Assembly: GCF_009914755.1 (NCBI RefSeq) | Contig: NC_060927.1 | Strand: one strand, 5' to 3' | Length of the DNA: 64,000 nt | Source of the DNA: the human T2T-CHM13v2.0 reference genome, Homo sapiens | Part shown: piece by piece, positions 59,851 to 64,000 of the stretch | Position numbering within the stretch: position 1 is the first letter of the stretch | How the letters are laid out: every line of letters starts with the position of its first letter | The notes under the pieces: generated by a model | Told to the model about the DNA's origin: nothing | Seen by the model: the letters and a program-made list of their open reading frames with translations, nothing else | Databases searched by the model: none | Made by a program: the position numbers and the translations under genes

Positions 59851-60286
59851 ATTATGATGAAATCTAATTTTTAAGGTTAAAATTCTTCACGTTATTTTGT
59901 AGATTAAAACTACCCCTTGCTTTTATAGACTTCTATCCATCTATCACAGCATTAAGGAATCATAACTATTTTATAGATAAAGAAGCGGGGTCCAAAAAAA
60001 AGTAGATGGTTAAAAGAAAGTAAGTAGTTGACAAGCATTCTCATGCTACTTCTTAAAACAACAACAATAACCAAGATGGAGCATACTCTGTGCTCCAGAT
60101 AGAATGTAGAAAACAGAAATGAACTCACATTTATCCCTATTCTAATTCAAGCCAGGCAGAGTTGAATTGGAAATGCATGTACAAAAAAAAGAAACCTAAC
60201 TGATAAAGCATTTGAGTTTTTGCTCCAAAACCCCTTGATTTGATCTAGGAAAGAACATGTAGGAAAGGGTGCACCTCAGAGAAAAA

Positions 60287-60312
60287 GTGTGTGTGTGTGT
60301 GTGTGTGTGTGT
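60287..60312. repeat. (TG)n microsatellite
   Basis: Uninterrupted TG run. Confidence 0.95.
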
Positions 60313-61134
60313 ACATATGTGAGCATGCACACGCATGTTAAAATGTGACACTTGGTCTTCTAGTTACATTTTTGCATTCAGACTAATTAAGCAACACCTG
60401 CTAACAACCCTGACAAAGGTGTCCCTTTCTCTCATTCCAGCCCCCAACTCCACATATACTGGCTCTGCAACCCCCACACACCTTTATTTGGTTGGGTTGG
60501 GAGCCTGTTGAGACCTCCCTGTCACTACCTGTGTGGCAAAACCAGCCTTCCCCAAGATCAGCTGCTCTGCAACAGTGCACAGGTGTGTCCTGGAGAAATC
60601 TCAGCATTCTTGTTCTTCACTTAGGCAGAAAGAAAACAAAAAGGCAGAAGATTAAGTTATACACAGGTACAAACAGATGAGAGAGAACCCAGGAGAAGCC
60701 ATGTAAGCTGTAACCACATTTAGATAAATGCTACTGCAGGGTTCATGGTGATGCAGTTGAGCTCAAAATAAACTTTAAAAAAAATACAGAGGCTCAAAAA
60801 TCTTATTTTTATGGGACAGCGCCAATTACTTTTAGTTGTTACGGCAATAAAAATTCCATCGTAAATATGATTATATTATTGGAGGAGAAGATCAGAATAG
60901 AATTGACATGTATTGAATACATCTATTATGTGCCATGTAGTATTTATGCCAAGACTTTAGGTGTTTTTCTTAAAATAGTGTGCTTTTTCTCCCAGACACA
61001 AAATACATGAATATACAGAAGTGAAGCTCTCTGGTATCTTCTCTTGCCCCTCACCAGTTTGTTGGCAATTCCTGGTGCCACGGACCTCCTATCTTTCAAT
61101 GTGAAAACCTCTCCCTAATCCTGGTGTGCTCTCG

Positions 61135-61135
<1 letters not shown>

Positions 61136-61172
<37 letters not shown>

Positions 61173-61234
61173 ATCTCTCTTTTTTTCTCTCTCTCTCTCA
61201 CACACAGACACACACACACACACACACACACACA
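61136..61234. repeat. Compound (CT)n-(CA)n microsatellite
   Basis: Seen directly. Confidence 0.95.
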
Positions 61235-62074
61235 TTATGATAACAATAATGAAAATGTTGCATTCTTAGGAAGGCACTACACAAACCCAAAAATCACTGT
61301 ATCCTGCTGATACTGTGTGTAATCCAAGGAGACAACAACTGAAGTTTTTTACCTGCTGTGTTGAGGGAAGGCAAGTTAAACTCCTTAAAGAGAGAAGGAT
61401 TTTTTTTTCAGGAGAGGCCAGGTGGCTGCTTTGTTTGTTTGTTTGTTTGTTTGTTCATTTGTTTGTTTGGGGCTGACTCCTATGTTGCAATAAGACTTCC
61501 ACAACCTTGGGCAACCAAAATTCCAGTCCTCAGCTACAGAATATTACTCACTCTGTGGTTTAGGTTGTCTCAGGCTTGGCATGCCAGGACATCAGAACAT
61601 TACAGAGAAAAAAAGCCAGAGCAATTAATTTTTCTTATGTCTACAAGAGGACAAAATATTTTAGGTAAACAACCTCAGCCAACATGGATAATTAACAACC
61701 ATGTTTTAGAGAGGCGTTCCACTCAAGGAAACTCAAGCTTGGTTTTGTTTCTAGGTTTTTAATTCTTGAATATAAAGATGGTACTATCAAAACTAACATA
61801 AACCTATTTCTGGTAGAAATTTGCCCTTGCAACCTGTTTGCAGGATGCTTCAAACAAACTGGCAGGGTGTAGGTGGCCTTAGCTCAGAGGCAGAAAAATG
61901 AAGGGCAGAAAAATGAAGTGCAGAAACATACAGGTCTCCAGGATGCTGCTGCTACGCTAAGGACAAATGACATGAACATGGTCCTTCCCAGACCTTAGAG
62001 CTGCTGTTGAATTATGACAAGCCATAGAAGTAATAAGAATTGAGGAGGAGGGGTTGTGGGGTTGGGGGTGCATA

Positions 62075-62320
62075 GCTTTGTGTTCGGGAGCACAGGTGTT
62101 CAGGCCACTGGGGTTCAAATTCCACCCAGCTCAGCTACTTACTGATGCCATGACCTTGGGCAAGTTTTTTTAACCTGCTTTACTATCTCTTCCTCTGTAA
62201 AATGAGCACAGTAATAGGACTCCCTCATGAGTTTGCTGCTATGACAGAATGGGATGATGCCTATTACACTCTTGCCTGCACAGTGCTGGCGTCATGGCTT
62301 GACAGACAGCAGAAGTTGGC
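62075..62320 (+). mobile_element. MIR
   Basis: gggttcaaattcc...tgaccttgggcaagt...cctctgtaaaatgagcacagtaatag. Confidence 0.7.
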
Positions 62321-64000
62321 ATTGCTATCCAGTGTCATGCTCCTAGAGAGGACACATGACTTGTCCAATGTCTCCCAGCTGGTTAGCCAGGACTGGGACT
62401 CAGTTAAGCCCACTTCTTTCATTGCTCTGCCATCACCAGGGTGAACTGATTTAAGGAAACAAGTTGATTTTCCATGCAGCCCAGCCCCACCTAGCTCTAC
62501 TGGCCCCACCTTTATTCTGGGCCCTGCCCTGCCATGCCCTGTTCTGTGTTGCCCTGCCTTGCCCTCCTCCAGCTACCCTGGATCAGCCTCAGTAGAAGGA
62601 TCTAGATCAGCCAAGCCTGAGCACCAGTCTAACAGGATAATGAGGCCAAGGTCCAAAACCAACACCTTGACCCATAAACCCAGACTGAAAACTGCTGACA
62701 TGGCAAGCAAAAGGTGGGGGCTTCCAAACTCTGAGAAAGGGAAGTGCAGGCTGGTAGGTGGTGCCCCAACCAGCTCTTCCCAAGAAGCTATGTGAGAGGT
62801 TTGCAAGGGTTCTGTCAACAATTATAAGCCCAACAAACAAACAAAACAAAGACAGACAAACCTTCACTCAAGGGTGGAATGAAATGAAAGAAAGGCAAAA
62901 GGCCCAGGGCATCAGTTCTAGGGTTCCTGAGAAATGGTGACAGCAGTTCAGAAAATGAAAAGCAGCAAAGGAAGATGAGCCACACCAGTCTGAGCATAGA
63001 GGAAAGACCTGAGCTGTCATATTTGCACCAGTTCTGCCCCTATCAGGTTCACAAAAAGTTCTGTGTTCCATGCTGGGCATCTACAAGAGAGGAGAGAGGC
63101 AAACGCTGGGATGTGCCCAGGAGACAGCAAACAGGCTAGTGGTGAGTCTTAATACCATATGGGAGGAAAGAAAAGATTTCAAGGTGATTGCTAAAGAGAT
63201 GAGACTTCTCGATGTGATATGGCAGCTTTCACTGAATAGCTGATATTTTCCCAGGTAGTCCCACTTTGTCAAAGTGGCTCCAAAAGGCAGAGCGAGGCTT
63301 GGAGAATGGAACTCACAGGCAGGCAAATTTCAGCACAATACAACAAAGGTGTGTCCACTGACATTCAAAGTTGTAATGGACTCTGGTGGGAAAGTTGAGC
63401 TCTCCTGGCGGTTGTCAAGGAGATGGTGGAAATAGTACTGGCAGGATTCCTGCACTGGGTATGGGGGTTGTGAAGTTGACCTTTGACTGTTGAGGTCCCT
63501 TTCAATTCCAACACTGGTAAAATGGGGTGAGTCAGTGAGCACACCTAGAGCTACTTTTATTCAGAATAAACACCGATTCATGTGTCTTCCCCTCCTCCCA
63601 TCACTTGGCTTTTTCCTAAATAAGTAAAGGGGACATAATTGTTCTCTAACCCTCAGATTCAATAACATTTAGATGCTGTTTATTAACTCCTTGAAAATAA
63701 AATTCTAAATTACAAATCTCTCTCTCTCTCTCTCAAATTCTAGTGTGTTAGAAACAGGGAAATCAAGAAGTGATAAATACATTTTTAAAAGCTCAAGACT
63801 GAGGAATTCGACTACATATATTTTAATATTCTGTATGTCAAATAAACATAGAAAACAAAACTAAAAGGCAAATACCTTGGAAAATGATCATTTTGAAACA
63901 AATGAAACTGAAGAATAGTGTCTAAATATATGAGTAGTTTATATAAATCAATATGGGGACAATCATAGCAATAGAAAAAAATGCAAAGGGCATGAATAGA

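Noticed and set aside
61889-61927. Short tandem gcagaaaaatgaag repeats; possible CRISPR-like array
   Set aside because: Simple 2-3 copy slippage duplication with no spacers, in eukaryotic DNA

Overview
Primate (human-like; contains Alu, THE1 and an L1PA2-like element) AT-rich, repeat-dense, non-coding DNA, either intronic or intergenic. I found no intact protein-coding gene, RNA gene or CRISPR array. The only recognisable gene-derived sequence is a processed RPL7L1 pseudogene (35362-36629, frameshift plus stop, poly-A, target-site duplication). The rest is LINE-1, L2, MIR, Alu, MaLR LTR and hAT DNA-transposon fragments, microsatellites and unique sequence. Most notable structures: (1) a young 5'-truncated L1PA2-like insertion carrying an apparent ~290-bp 3' transduction inside one 19-bp TSD (14149-15479); (2) a ~340-bp inverted duplication of about 90% identity flanking a ~3.5-kb segment (45477-45819 / 49350-49690); (3) two small local direct duplications at 22.7-25.2 kb; (4) a perfect 53-bp AT palindrome between 19-bp direct repeats; (5) a 38-bp foreign insert inside an Alu. 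Repeat subfamily names are from recognition by eye and edges are approximate unless a TSD is quoted. I see no evidence for a new gene system; the interesting signals are genome-rearrangement events.
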